The notes beneath the pieces are model-generated. The model was not told where the DNA came from. It worked only from the letters and a program-made list of their open reading frames with translations, and did not search any database. The position numbers and the translations under genes are program-made. Shown one piece after another: positions 13,489 through 27,058 of a stretch of DNA of 64,000 nucleotides. The stretch's first letter is position 1. Every line of letters starts with the position of its first letter. The stretch comes from Octopus vulgaris (lineage: Eukaryota), in assembly GCA_951406725.2 (NCBI GenBank), contig OX597830.1, positions 42,346,001 through 42,410,000 of the forward strand, read 5' to 3'.

Positions 13489-13721
13489 CATATGTATATA
13501 TAAATATATATATATGTATATACACACACACACACACACACACACATACATACACACACGACCAGGCTTCTTTCAGTTTCTGTCTACAAAACCCACTCAC
13601 AAGGCTTTGTTGTATGCAAAAAAACAAAAAGAAGTTTATTTGAAATTTTCCCCTAATGGTCATTTTCTAGGCTTGCATGGGTCAGATGGAATTTGTTGCA
13701 GCAGATTTTCTGTGGCTGGAT

Positions 13722-13841
13722 GCCACAGTGGGTTCAGTCCCACTGCATGGCACCTTGGGCAAGTGTCTTCTACTATAGCCTCGGGTGACCAAAGCCTCTT
13801 GAGTGGATTTGATAGACGGAAACTGAAAGAAGCCTGTCGTA

Positions 13842-13920
<79 letters not shown>

Positions 13921-14123
13921 GCTTGTGTGTCTGTGTTTGTCTCCCCAACATCGCTTGACAACCAATGCTGCTGTATTTATGTCTCCGTAACTTAGCAGTT
14001 CAGCTAAAAAGACTGATAGAATAAGTACTAGGCTTACAAAGAATCAGTCCTGGGGTCGATTTGCTCGGCAAAAGGCGGTGCTCCAGCATGGCTGCAGTCA
14101 AATGACTGAATCAAGTAAAAGAA
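13722..14123 (+). mobile_element. tRNA/CORE-type SINE with internal (TA)n
   Basis: B box GGTTCAGTCC, CORE-like 'caccttgggcaagt', shared tail 'ggcggtgctccagcatggc..cagtcaaatgactgaa'. Confidence 0.85.
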
Positions 14124-14549
14124 TATATATATATATTTGTCTCCTGTCCCAGCTTGATTTACGCATTCACCACCACAACCTCATTTCGGCTTAGCGGCCC
14201 TTCCTGTTTGTTTTTACTGTCCTGTTTGTGTTACCTATTTTGACTCTCCGCAAAAGGCCCAAATTATATTTAATTTGCTTTGTGTGAGCAACTGTTTTAT
14301 CAAAATTATAAATTGTTGTTAAATGCTTGAAATATGAGACTAGAAAAGCAGCCAACAACTGATGAAGGGTCGTTCTTAATGTTTGTTTTATTTTCCATTT
14401 GTGTCTTTCGTTGTTGGAAAGAATAGTTCATGTTCCATGTACTCATGCTTATAGTTATACATGTTTCATGACATCCTGTGCCCACATATGCATATATATA
14501 TATATTATATACGTATAGATGTATGTACAGATACGTATGTATATATGCA

Positions 14550-14745
14550 AGGAATCTAATGCGCTTGGCTTAGATTTTCCTTTGGGGCTGGCCAGATCGG
14601 AGCAATCTCAAGATTAATCAGCCGAAATTGCGAAGATGATCCGATTCTTGACTGAAGATTGAAAGCTTCGAATGTCCCGTCCGTGTTTTTTGTATTGTCT
14701 TCTAAATGTTTTGCATTCTTGTCCCAGTTTGTATTTTTTTTACAT
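14550..14745 (+). mobile_element. Dispersed repeat (probable Penelope-derived), homologous to 50810-51050 (-)
   Basis: Shared 'aatctaatgc...ttggggctggcc...ggagcaa...cagccgaaatt...gactgaagattgaa'. Confidence 0.6.
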
Positions 14746-14752
14746 ATACATA

Positions 14753-14835
<83 letters not shown>

Positions 14836-14867
14836 TTTATTTAAAGCAGCAGAAAATTCAACAAAAT

Positions 14868-14905
14868 CTGTTACCCTGAGTTTCTCGTTGCCGTTCATCA
14901 GACAG
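14868..14905 (-). ncRNA. Type I hammerhead ribozyme motif (degenerate helix II)
   Basis: ctgt CTGATGA acg-gcaa-cga GAAA ctcaggg TA acag; helix I ctgt/acag. Confidence 0.5.
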
Positions 14906-14963
14906 TTTTTGCATATTACTCTACCACTGGTATTTGAGTACTCTTTTTTCCACCTTGTTTCAC

Positions 14964-15003
<40 letters not shown>

Positions 15004-15567
15004 GTATGTAAAATTGTATTAATGACATCTACCAAATCCACTCCCAGGGATTTAGTTGACCTTGGTCAATAGTAGAAAACTTTTGCCCAAGGTGCTGCAC
15101 AGTGAGACAATGTGACTGGGAAGCAAGCTTGTTAACCTCACACACTTCGCCTGTGAATTCATCTGTCTCCTCAATTCATGCCATTGGTCTACATCAGTTA
15201 TTTCCCTTAGCTCACTTTATTTCTTAATTATTGAAATTAGAATATGTGTTTGTGACATAAACTCAATAGAATTATTTGTGATTGATTTTTGGTCAGAAAA
15301 ACGAGGAAGAGAGAGACGGCAGGAGGAGCAGGGTGGGGGTGGGTGGGGGTAGAAAAGAGAATATTTGATAAGTATAGAGAGACATAAGAGAATTTCATAC
15401 ATTAAAATAGCTGGACAGATAGATAGGTTTGTTATAAGTGTAACAACTCATGCATGAAGTAAATATATCATATACACAACATTTCTTTGAAGCAGCCATG
15501 CAGAAAGTACACAAAAATTACACAAATGTACCGACTGGCATTAATGGTTTATTGGATGTATGATCTT

Positions 15568-16220
15568 CACACACACACACACATACACACACACACATAC
15601 ACACACACACATACACACACACACAATGTATGCACACACAGACAATGTATACACACACACATACTGACATACACACATGTATGCACTCATGCATACACAT
15701 ATGAAGTGACACACACACACACATACGCACACACATACACACACACAATGTATGCACACACAGACAATGTATACACACACACACATACTGACATATACAC
15801 ATGTATGCACTCACGCATACACATATGAAGTAACACACACGCATATGCACACACATGCATGCACACTACACACGCACATACATGTATGCACACACACTTG
15901 TGTGTATTCAGAGGTATACATATTATGTGGCACCCATGCACACACACACACATACATACACACACACACACACACACTCTCTTACACACACACATGTATG
16001 CATTCACACATACACACATGGAGTGACACTCACACATACACACATGTATGCTCATGCACATAGACACTCATGCATACACACACACACAAGTGGTGACACA
16101 TACATGCACACGCACACACACACACATGCACACACACCTGTATACATTCACAGATATACATATGATGTGGCACAGACACACACACACACACACACACACA
16201 GACTCATACGTATTCACACA
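15568..16220. repeat. CA-rich minisatellite with a ~120 bp tandem duplication
   Basis: 'caatgtatgcacacacagacaatgtatacac...catatgaagt' at about 15624 and 15746. Confidence 0.85.
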
Positions 16221-16384
16221 TAAAATTCATTTGTCAACACCAAGTACACCAGCCAATAAAATTTTGGAAGTCACTAGCAATAAGAAATGCTTCTCTCCAC
16301 CCATGACCACCACCTACCAACACCACTACTACCACTACAGCTCACCCAACTCATACCAGCATGGAAAAGTCTGATATTAAGTGA

Positions 16385-16980
16385 TACTGCCACTACTGCT
16401 GCTGCTGCTGCTGATAATGATGATGATAATGATAATGATAATGAGGATGATGACAATATGGATGATGATGATGATTTATTTTGACGATGTGGATGGTGCT
16501 TATGATGAGGATGATAATAATATGAATGATTTTGATGATAGTGATGACAATAACAGTGGTGATGATGATGGTGAGGAGGAGGAGGAAGAAGTGGAGGGTA
16601 TGAATGATGATGATGGTTTATTATTTTGATGATGGAGATGATATTTATAATGATGATGATGTTGTTTATGATGACGATGATAGTGACGACGACAATGATG
16701 ATGATGATGATGATGATTACGGTGGTGATGATTATGATGATGTTTATGACGATGATAATGATGCTGATGAAGAGAATGAGGATTGATATAGATAATGATG
16801 ATGATGCTGATAATGATGTTTATGAAGATGGTGGTGGTGTGTATGACGAGGATGATGAGGGTTAATTATTTTCTTGATATTGATGATTTTCATGAGGATG
16901 ATGATGATGATAACGTGGATGATGTCGATGACAACAATAACAATGACAGTGGTGATGGTGATGATGATGATGATGTCAGC
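16385..16980. repeat. Degenerate (GAT)n microsatellite
   Basis: Direct reading. Confidence 0.9.
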
Positions 16981-17471
16981 TGTCATCTTAAGGTGACAGT
17001 GATAGGACTTCTGTTTTATATTCTTTGACTGGTTCCAACCATTGAGATATGACCATACTAGGGCACTCATCGTAAAAAATGTGAACCAGAATTGTTTTCA
17101 GTTCCTCCAAGAAAGCCGATGGAAACCTGCATATTTTATCACTTGATCTGCAAGAAATAGCAGCTAAATCTACCTAAAATCACACCCAGCCATCTATAAT
17201 TATAAATGCCCAAACAAATTTCTGTGTGTCAGTGTGTCACACTTCAAACCTCCTCTCTCACTTTTCAGTCGCACTTCTTCTACTCCTCTTGGTGGTGTGA
17301 GAGTAATACCAGGCATAGAGATTGTGGGGGCGGTAGTAGATTGACAGTGGTGATGGTGGTAGAAGGGAAGGTGGCAAACTCAAAGGTAATGATGGTGGTG
17401 GTGTCAGAAGTTTGAATGGTGTGTGTGTATGGTAGTTGTGGTGGCGATGGTGATGGTTAAAAACAATCAAC

Positions 17472-17506
<35 letters not shown>

Positions 17507-18230
17507 AAGCGGTTTGACAGAAAAAAATTGTACTGACCCCTGAATAGGAAGACAAAAAAATGTTGTTTATCATGAAGCTTTGCAATAAGTTCCAATTCAA
17601 CAAATTATATCATTGTCTTGATGAGAATTGTTTATTGCTTGAAAAATATGGGTCAAGTTTAATAAAATTTAATATGTACTCAAAGCATGAAGTGTCATTG
17701 TTGGGCCCAAGGCCCAATGAAAAGCCTTCCATAGGAACTAGCTTAAAAGCTGCACCATCAGGCAGCTTTTAAGCCTTAGAAAGCTTGGATGGTCATGACT
17801 GGAATATCATTGATCATAGATCTGCTTGATCAGGTCCAACTGGGGCTAAGTAACAGCAACAACAAAAAGAACCATCTCTGGCACTATATCATGGCGTTGA
17901 CCAACAAGACTGTCACTCAGATTGCTCATTGCTCTTAGCACACAGCTCACTACTTTAAGCAGTGGGAGCTCTGTAAATTGATGAGTGTTTCTTCAGTTTG
18001 TAGTGTTAAACAAAAATGTTATTCTGAATGTCTCACTTGGATTAAGATGAGCTCCATCAAACGAGTTTGCCCTTGATACTCAAGATCAATGATCTCCATA
18101 TGACCCTTAGGGTTGCATATGAGCCTTGGAGGCCCATATAAGATTTTACTGTTTATGTGCAATAAATTGATTAGATTTCTATGAAACACAAAATATTTTA
18201 ACAATTTTTGTTATACAGTTCCTAATAATA

Positions 18231-18663
18231 GGCACAAGAGTGGCTGTGTGGTAAGTAGCTTGCTTACCAACCACATGGTTCCAGGTTCAGTCCCACTGTG
18301 TGGCACCTTGGGCAAGTGTTTTTTACTATATATCCTCGGGCCAACCAAAGCCTTGTAAGTGGATTTGGTAGACAGAAACTGAAAGAAGCCCATTGTATAT
18401 ATGTATGTATATGTATGTATATATATGTATGTGTGTATATATGTTTGTGTGTCTGTGTTTGTCCCCACCCCACCCCAACATCGCTTGACAACTGATGGTG
18501 GTGTGTTTACGTGCCTGTAACTTAGTGGTTTGGCAAAAGAGACCAATAGAATAAGTACTAGGCTTCCAAAGAATAAGTCATGGGGTCAATTTGCTTGACT
18601 AAAAGGCGGTGCTCCAGCATGGCTGCAGTCAAATGACAGAAACAAGTAAAATAGTAAAAGAGT
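18231..18663 (+). mobile_element. Full-length tRNA/CORE-type SINE (OR-like octopus SINE)
   Basis: A box TGGCTGTGTGG, B box GGTTCAGTCC, CORE 'caccttgggcaagt', conserved 3' tail. Confidence 0.85.
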
Positions 18664-18699
18664 AATATTTCATCATAAAAATATAATAGAATTTTTTAA

Positions 18700-18781
18700 A
18701 ACATCAAAATGGCAATGGGGGTCCAGCAGAGTAAATCGGAATCAAAGGGGTCCATAGGGAAAAAATGGTTGAGAATCACTG
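18700..18781. mobile_element. hAT (Charlie-like) MITE terminus
   Basis: 'ggggtccatagggaaaaaatggttgagaatcactg' matches the cagtggttctcaacc-type TIR; partner TIR not found. Confidence 0.45.
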
Positions 18782-19209
18782 CTTCACATGAAGACAGTGA
18801 TTTCTTCAAAATGATGCTCCATTCTAAAATCCACAAAAGAATTATGAGACTTGCATAGTCCAGTCCTGTATAATTGACAAATGCTTCTTTGCCTTGAGGT
18901 ACCATGTTTAAATCTTATGAATTCTACAAAAGATTTTGCATAAAATATTAGATTCCTTTTTCCTCTTCCTCATGGAGAAATTAATTTGTTCCACTCTGGT
19001 GACTGGCAATACAAACCATTACTAGTTTCCTCAGATCCTGCTATCTACCGTAGTTCCGAGATGAATGGGCTGGGGCAGTCTAACTTGTCATAAGATAGAC
19101 TGCTACACAAAGACCAAGTCTTCAGCAGTGTCTCCATCACCCGATGGGTTACAGGACTCCATTATATTAACGTTTTATGAAGCAACATAAGAATGATATG
19201 ATTGATCAA

Positions 19210-19560
19210 GTGAATGCTATGTTGGTTAAAGGTCATATATTTATCTAATATAATGCTAGGATTTTGGCATTGTGAGAAATAGGAATGTCGGTGCCATCAA
19301 GACCGATGATACTTTCTTTCCATGATAAATTTCATCATATTTTTCATTTGAAAGAAATCTATTATTTTGGATTTTGTTGGCATTTAGTTTGAGACAACAA
19401 TCATCCCATTCTCTTATTGATGTTTAGGACAATGCCTGGAAAAATCTATTTTAGGAGAGATTTGTATTGAAAGGAAATGTGGAATGTATTAATGATTTGA
19501 TGATTGTCTGCACCAGCATCACTATAACCATTGAAACCAATGCCTTTGAGGTGAGTTAGG
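19210..19560 (-). pseudogene. Very degraded L2/CR1-group RT fragment
   Basis: Frameshifted 'LKLN..K.KII...LDGTDIPISHNAKILA..LDKYMTFNQH' resembles the region after YADD in these RTs. Confidence 0.4.
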
Positions 19561-20284
19561 AAGATGCAAGTGTAGATATCTAATAAACTCTTCACAAAAG
19601 AAAGTCATATAAAAGTCATAGATTCAAAGAATATTCACACAAGATGCTATTAAATATAGCTATAAATGTGTCACCCTTTATTTTCAATTGTCCCAGAGAA
19701 GTTAGCAAATATTTCTTTCCATTTTTATTTTGAAATGGCAGACATCAAGAAATAATGGATACAAAGATATTTTGATTCACATTTTATCTATAAAGATATT
19801 TTCCATTTTCCATTTGTTTCTCTTTTTTTTTTTGGTATTTTTTATTACTATTATTTTGCTGGAAATATAAGTCAGAGGAATAGAAGAACTTGTAGCATCA
19901 CAGGATTAAGTGACTTCTCGTATTTAATTTCACATCTTTATATTTTTCAGTTCAAATCTTGACATGTTCAACTTTAGTTTTTTTTCTGCCAGAGGCAATA
20001 AATTGGAAAAAAATATGTAAAAGTTTTGTGCATGATGAAGCCAGAAGGACAGAATAAACACCAGTGACATTTCTGAGTCCCACAAGACTGGTGAGAGTAA
20101 TGAGGGGAGCAGACAGGTTGAGTATATCAACCCAGGACATGACTGGTACTAATTTTATAACCACTGAAAGGATGGAAGTTAAGGTTGACCGTTTCAACTC
20201 AGAATATAAGACCAGAAGAAATGCTACGAAACATTTTCTTCAGAATGCTAACACTTCTACCAACTCACTGTCTTAATGATAATG

Positions 20285-20432
<148 letters not shown>

Positions 20433-21058
20433 AGGGTAGGACAGTATATACATTGGAAGATATGTAAACACTACAAATTCGGCACCCCTGGTAACTGGTA
20501 TGAACATCATCCTCAGCCAGTTGTCGAAGGTAAAAATGTCACCATCCTCTGGGATTTTCCAGTCAACACTGACAGAACAATCAAGGCTAATCGACCAGAC
20601 ATAATTGTTAAAGACAAGGAAGAAAATACCTGCAGACTAATAGAGGTAAGCGTCCCCACTGATAACAATATATCTGTAAAGGAATTTAACAAACTCAGTA
20701 AATATAAGGACCTGGAAATCGAAATACAAAAGATGTGGAATCTTAAAACAAAAACTGTTCCTGTTATTGCAGGTGCCCTAGGTATGATAAAAAAGGGATG
20801 TCAGAAACACCTAGACAATATCCCTGAAGAACCATGTCTCAAGGAAATCCAAAAGATTGTGCTAACAAGTACTGCCACATCCTTAGAAAAACCCTATCAA
20901 TGTAAATGTTTGTGTTGTATTACATGGAGATATTTCTCTACTTCCCCTCCACAAGCTTTCAGCTATATTTCAACAACTCTTAACCTTCACTTGCCCTAGG
21001 GTGCTGGGTGTGCCCCGGCAAGTGATTGTATCAAACATGCAGATTAAAAGTAAATGAC

Positions 21059-21060
<2 letters not shown>
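20433..21060 (+). mobile_element. 5'-truncated R4/Dong-clade LINE (REL endonuclease + 3' UTR) in (TAA)n
   Basis: RVGQYIHWKIC...WYEH...ILWDFPVNTDRTIKANRPDIIVKD...KLSKYKDLEIEIQKMW; (TAA)n on both sides. Confidence 0.9.
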
Positions 21061-21093
<33 letters not shown>

Positions 21094-21095
<2 letters not shown>

Positions 21096-21649
21096 GCCCC
21101 GATGCAGTACCAAGCAGTGTCTCTTGTGGCTTCTGGTCTTAACTGATTGGAAGTGTTATCATGTACGTTGATTTGTCTTGGTATAAAAGATGGGCTACAG
21201 CAAATATTCTGCTCAGTACCACAGATTTGCTTGTCAGTTGTTTGACCTTAACCAATTGAGCATGTCCCTTAGTGGCTGACGATAAGTGCATCTCTGATCA
21301 CGAGCAGAAGTAGTGGGGGAGCATCATAGCCATGTGTTGAGAGGGATTCTTTGGGGTTTGAATAATTCACCTCTGGAAACATGGGTATTTTGTTCAACAT
21401 CCTTAAACAACCCTTATTCAGGGACCTTTTGAGCGGGATGGACTACTCAACCTGAAGAAAATTCTAACTGGGCCCCACCTGCAAGGTCATGTGCTGTTTG
21501 TCTTGATATGAGATTACCATGTCGTGCACATATGGTTGTGATGCATGTGCCTGGTGTACCCTTATCAGACGGGTAGTCATGATGGGTACTGGGCTTCGTA
21601 TATTTTACCCCAGTGTCACTTTGATGGCACGCACTGCTCTCTCTCACTC
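21094..21649. mobile_element. Non-coding 555 bp element inserted in (TAA)n (possible Dong-family UTR or non-autonomous partner)
   Basis: Bounded by (TAA)n on both sides; a partial copy lies at 34365-34515. Confidence 0.6.
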
Positions 21650-21690
<41 letters not shown>

Positions 21691-21693
<3 letters not shown>

Positions 21694-21892
21694 AGTGAGC
21701 AAAAATCTCGAGAAGTATGTGGAACAAATAGAGGCTGCAATAAGGGTGGAGCACTTGCAGAAAACAGCACTGCTTGGAACCGCTTGAATACTCTGGAAGG
21801 TGCTTGAAAAATAAGAAGTGTTACCTTAGTTCAGTGGTAGTGAACAGCTGACATCGCAGTACATCTCCAGCGTTAGAAGCTGTGCAAATGCA
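21691..21892 (+). mobile_element. Short R4/Dong 3' end in (TAA)n
   Basis: TVSKNLEKYVEQI...LQKTALLGTA; homologous to 63770-63970. Confidence 0.8.
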
Positions 21893-22127
21893 ATAATAAT
21901 AATAATAATGCTAATAATAATAATAATTCTTTCTACTAAATGCACAAGGCCTGAAACTTGGGGGAGGGGGATAGCTGATTACATTGACTCCAGTGTTTCA
22001 CATTAATTTTTTTATGAACCCCGAGAGTCAACCTCAACAGAATTTGGACTCAGAACATAAAGCCGAATGAAATACTGCTAAACATTTTGCCTGGCGTGCT
22101 AACGATTCTGCCAACTCACTGCCTTAA

Positions 22128-22174
22128 CAATAATAATAATAACAATAATAATAATAACAATAATAATAATAATA

Positions 22175-22222
<48 letters not shown>

Positions 22223-22247
22223 GTGGTTGTGGTGGTGGTGGTGGTGG

Positions 22248-22299
<52 letters not shown>

Positions 22300-22319
22300 G
22301 GTGGTGGTGGTGGTAGTGG

Positions 22320-22363
<44 letters not shown>

Positions 22364-22382
22364 ATGGTGGTGGTGGAAGTGG

Positions 22383-22426
<44 letters not shown>

Positions 22427-22455
22427 ATGGTGGTGGTGGTGATGTTGATGTTGAT
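22128..22455. repeat. (AAT)(GAT)(GGT) compound microsatellite with higher-order ~60 bp periodicity
   Basis: Direct reading. Confidence 0.9.
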
Positions 22456-22459
22456 GAAG

Positions 22460-22705
22460 ACACCATTTGAGTGTGGCCATCGCCAGTACTGCCTGACTAG
22501 CCCTCATGCCAGTGACACATTAAAGCACCCAGTACACTCTCGGAGTGGTTGGCGTTAGGAAGGGCATCCAGCTGTAGAAACTCTGCCAGATCAGATTGGA
22601 GCTTGGTGCAACCATCTAGCTTGCCAGTCCTCAGTCAAACTGTCCAACCCATACCAGCATGGAAAGTGGACGTTAAATGATGATGATAATGATGATGATG
22701 ATAAT
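22460..22705 (+). mobile_element. (GAT)n-tailed RTE-type element
   Basis: Family core and tail. Confidence 0.8.
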
Positions 22706-24293
22706 ATGATGGGCTTCTTTCAGTTTCTGTGTACCAAATCCACTCACAAGGCTTTGGTCATCCCGAGGCTCTAGTAGAAGATAGTTGCCCAAGATGCCAT
22801 GCAGTGGACTGAACCTGGAACCATGTGGTTGGTAAGCAAGGTTCTTACCACACAGTCATGCCTATGAAAAAAATCTTCTAAATTTTAGTCTTGAGTTGGT
22901 AGATTCTGGTATTAATTATTTGTTTCTAAGAATATGATCAAAACTATTGCAGCCATCACAATCTAAGTGTTTTTTTGTTGTTGTTTTTGTTCCATATGTG
23001 ATGCAGGTGTGGTTGTGTAGTAAGAAGCTTGCTTCCCTCACAGTTCCTTGTGAGTGAATTTAGTAGATGGAAACTGTGTAGAAGCATATCGCATATATAT
23101 GTGTGTGTATCTTTATGTTTGTCTAACAACCAGTATTGATTTGCTTACATCCTCATAACTTAGCAGCTTGGCAAAACACACCAACGGAATTAATAAGTTC
23201 AAGACTAAAAAATGTACTAGGGTTGATTTGTTTAACTAAACCCTTGAAGGCTGTGCTCCAGCATGGCTATAATCCATTGGCTGAAACAGATAAAAGATAA
23301 AGGCATATTATATCTAGGAATACATAATCCAATGTGCCCTTCTTTATTGTTGTTATTCTTGTTTAGCAGTGAATTATCTCTGAACAAGCAAACTTATGAT
23401 CAAAGACATTTCAGACGAAACCATCTGACATAACCTTCCCCCATTAAGAGATCAATGTATGATTTGGTTGCTATTTCTAAAGCGGTTGAGCAACCATGTA
23501 GAAGTTCCCTTCTAGACAGATAAAATTCTACATTAACAAACAAGACAAATAAAGAGGATTAGTGGCTAAAATTTTAGGAGTATTGAGATATTTAGAGCTG
23601 TTTTAAATGAGATTTAGCAGGGGATTAACAGAAGAGATGACCAAATATAATGTGTGTTGGGAAAAAAGAAATTTGTTTATCACACAAGTAATGTATGGAT
23701 GATGATGAGGATGATGATGATGAGGAGGAGGAGAAGGAAGAGGAGGAGGATAGTGATGATTAGGTGGATGATGATGATGAAGATGATGGTAAAGATGATG
23801 ATGATGAGGAGGATGATGATGATAGGAAGGAGGAGGAGGAGAACAACGACAATGATGGTGGTGGTGGCAGCAATGATGACAGTAATTTTTAGAATATAAT
23901 TAAAAGGGTTGATGAGTATCAAAGTCTATGACTCAGAGTTTAATTTCTCGTTGGAGATGCTTTATTTACTCTCTTAATGTACTCAAGAAAGGAAAAGATT
24001 GTCACATTCCTTTTAACTATGCCTTGAAGCCAAGAAAATTAGTAACTTGTTGATAGATCCCTCTGGTCAGGAAAAAGGTCTAGTGACTGATTCTGCTTAT
24101 TGAACTTTGGGCTTGAGGGTAAATGAATATTCATTATTTTTGTAATTAAATACATGTTCCTACTTAAAAGAAAATTACAACATTGCTTCATTAGAAGAAT
24201 TTAACCAAATCACAAACTCTGAAGATCCCAAAATAAAGGGCAAAATAAAAATAATTTAGAATTAAATACACCATGTTAATGAAATATTTTTAA

Positions 24294-24509
24294 CCCTTTA
24301 GCATTCAGATTCCTCTGTCAAATATAACGCTTATTTACTTTGCTTTGAATTAATCATGCATTATCTCTTGTAGCATTGTGATTTTGGTGATGTGATTGTT
24401 ATTTTTAAAATGATATTGTAGGATAGGTACGAGAGGCTGGATCTGGCCAGTTTAAGTCTAAAACTGGAAGAATATTTAGGCCAGACATGGCTGGTTTAAA
24501 TGTTAAGGG
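24294..24509. mobile_element. piggyBac-type MITE
   Basis: TTAA|ccctttagcatt ... aatgttaaggg; right TSD degraded. Confidence 0.6.
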
Positions 24510-24745
24510 TGCTAGATGACATATTATCGGTCATCACCAGAGCTGTGCTATATCCATGAAGAATAGAATGTGAATCATATTTTGGTAGCATATAATGGCT
24601 TGGTTTATAGCTGTAAGCGACAGCAACTCTGTCAAATTAATGGGTGTTTTGTATGCTTTGAGTTTTAAATTCATTCTTTATCTTCTGTCAGTTGGTAAAT
24701 GTAAAATGTAAATATACACTAATGCAAAAGTTATTTTGGAATGAT

Positions 24746-24802
24746 GTTTTTGAAATAAAATTGAACAATCTTTATCCTTTGTTCAGCCGTGTATTTCTCA
24801 AT
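24746..24802 (-). pseudogene. Tc1/mariner-family transposase N-terminal HTH fragment (DUF4817-like)
   Basis: IEKYTAEQRIKIVQFYFKN resembles the 'MERYTxEQRxxIVxFY' start of these transposases. Confidence 0.5.
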
Positions 24803-24885
24803 GCTTAATGATGACAAAAATCTCAGAGATATTCATTAAATACCTGTAACAGAAAGAAATAAAATAAATTATAATAAAAAATATA

Positions 24886-25088
24886 ACCCATATAAGACCA
24901 CAACTTAGTTCTATGATGCAAATTTCCTGTTTTAAAGTTATTTAAATTAAAACCTTCCAATAAAATTTATGTTAATTTATGTTCCAAACAGCAGCTTAAT
25001 AATGGCAGTTATTTTACTAAATTCTTCATTTTCAAAATTAAAAGAAACAAAGGCATTGTACTTCAACAGAAGTTTGGTAATAAAAGGG
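24886..25088 (-). mobile_element. piggyBac-type MITE family (other copies at about 26112 and 47035-47210)
   Basis: Terminus 'cccttttgttaccatatttctgttgaaa' shared by three loci. Confidence 0.55.
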
Positions 25089-25175
25089 TTCAAATGAAAC
25101 GTGGTCTTTGAGTCACGCTTTGTGTAAATGTCTCTTGATGCTGATCTTTAAAGAACCAGTACTTATTCATGAAAA

Positions 25176-25390
25176 GGTGGTAAGCTGGCAGAAACGTTAA
25201 CGTGCCAGGCAAAATGCTTAGCAGTATTTTGTCTGTCTTTATGCTCTGAGTTCAAATTCCACCGAGGTTAATTTTGCCTTTCATCCTTTTGGGGTTGATA
25301 AATTAAGTATCAGTTGCATACTGGGGTCGATCTACTCAACTGGCCTCCTCCCCCAAAATTTCGTGCCTTGTGCCTAGAGTAGAAAAGAAT
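25176..25390 (+). mobile_element. Meta-like tRNA SINE (variant tail)
   Basis: Head 'gctggcagaaacgtta', B box GAGTTCAAATT, Meta-like core. Confidence 0.8.
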
Positions 25391-26599
25391 ACTTATTCAG
25401 GATCTTATGGAGTTATATAACAAATATTAGATAAATTTGTACCCCTGGAGAAGAGTCTAGTCTATCATAAATGACATTCCTTTGATTGCTTTGATATCTT
25501 TTCCTAACAGAATTAGATGAAGGGAAGTAGAACAGAGTGTACTTCCTATATTAAAAACAATATTTGATATTTTTTTTACATTCTCTGGGCTTAAATACTG
25601 TCGGGGTAAACTTAGCCATTCATAAGTTGGTGAATTGGCTGAGTCATTAGAGTAACGAACAAAATACCTTGTGGTATTTTTTGTGGCCCCTTGTGTTCTG
25701 AATTCAAATCTCACCAAGATCTGAATATAATTTGTTTCTTTCCAAGATTAACAAAGGAAGTACCATTCTAGAATGGAAGATAGAATTATTAGAGGCTTTG
25801 AGGAGATACCTAATGGTGTCTGTTCCAGTTGATTGCATTGTGAGTTCAAATCCTGTCATAGCCTACTTGGTTGTAGACTGAAACTGCCTCCTGGTTTAAC
25901 ACCACCACATGGGTGTAGGATGTCTTTAGCAGCATTCACTCTAGGCCCATCAGATCCCTAGTTCATGGACACTTTCCTTTCCTCCCTCACACTAGTCTCA
26001 GAAACCTAGAAAGGGCCATGAGCACTACCGATAACAAAAAAAAAAAAATCCCTCCCGTGTTGATACCGATACTGAGTCCCCAAATTTAAAAATCAGTATT
26101 ACAGCTGATGTCAACCCTTTTGTTACCATATTTCTGTTGAAAATTCCAAGCAATTATTGAATCTAGTATTCAGATTTGTAACCTCACTAACATAAGTTCA
26201 AATCTTACCAGAGATGGAGTTCAACTTCACTTAATTTATCGATTCTTCTGGATTCATTGAAATAAATAAGTCATCATGATCATCACCATTGTCATCATCA
26301 TCATTGCCATTGTCATCATGTTAATGTCTCATTTCCATTCTTACATGGATCGGACATAGTTTTATTGAGGCACATTTTCTATGGCCTGGTGCCTTTCCTG
26401 TTGCTAACCCTCAACTATTTCCAAACAATGTAATATTTCCTCCCAACCAGGCATGTTTCTGCAGAATATTGGAGATGAATGATACTGCTTGTATGACAGT
26501 GACACTCATTTACAACTATCATACACACAGACACACAAACACATATATATATACATAAATATAAGCATATGTATATATATGTGTATATGTGTGTGTATG

Positions 26600-26693
<94 letters not shown>

Positions 26694-26815
26694 GCTGTCT
26701 ATGACTTTCAGGTATTTTAACACATGAACCTGGTGCTTTGAGGGAGTCATTCCTACCATGCAAAACCACAGCCTACTTAAAAAGAATCAAAGCACATACA
26801 TTATGTGTGGTCAAT

Positions 26816-26871
<56 letters not shown>

Positions 26872-26879
26872 TACATATA

Positions 26880-26917
<38 letters not shown>

Positions 26918-26981
26918 GCACACATACATATACATATGTGTGTGTGTGTATAGTTGGATAGAGATAGATAGATAGATACAC

Positions 26982-27058
<77 letters not shown>

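Noticed and set aside
14325-14370. Permuted (type II) hammerhead GAAA...CTGATGA
   Set aside because: No UH cleavage triplet or convincing helix I in this copy
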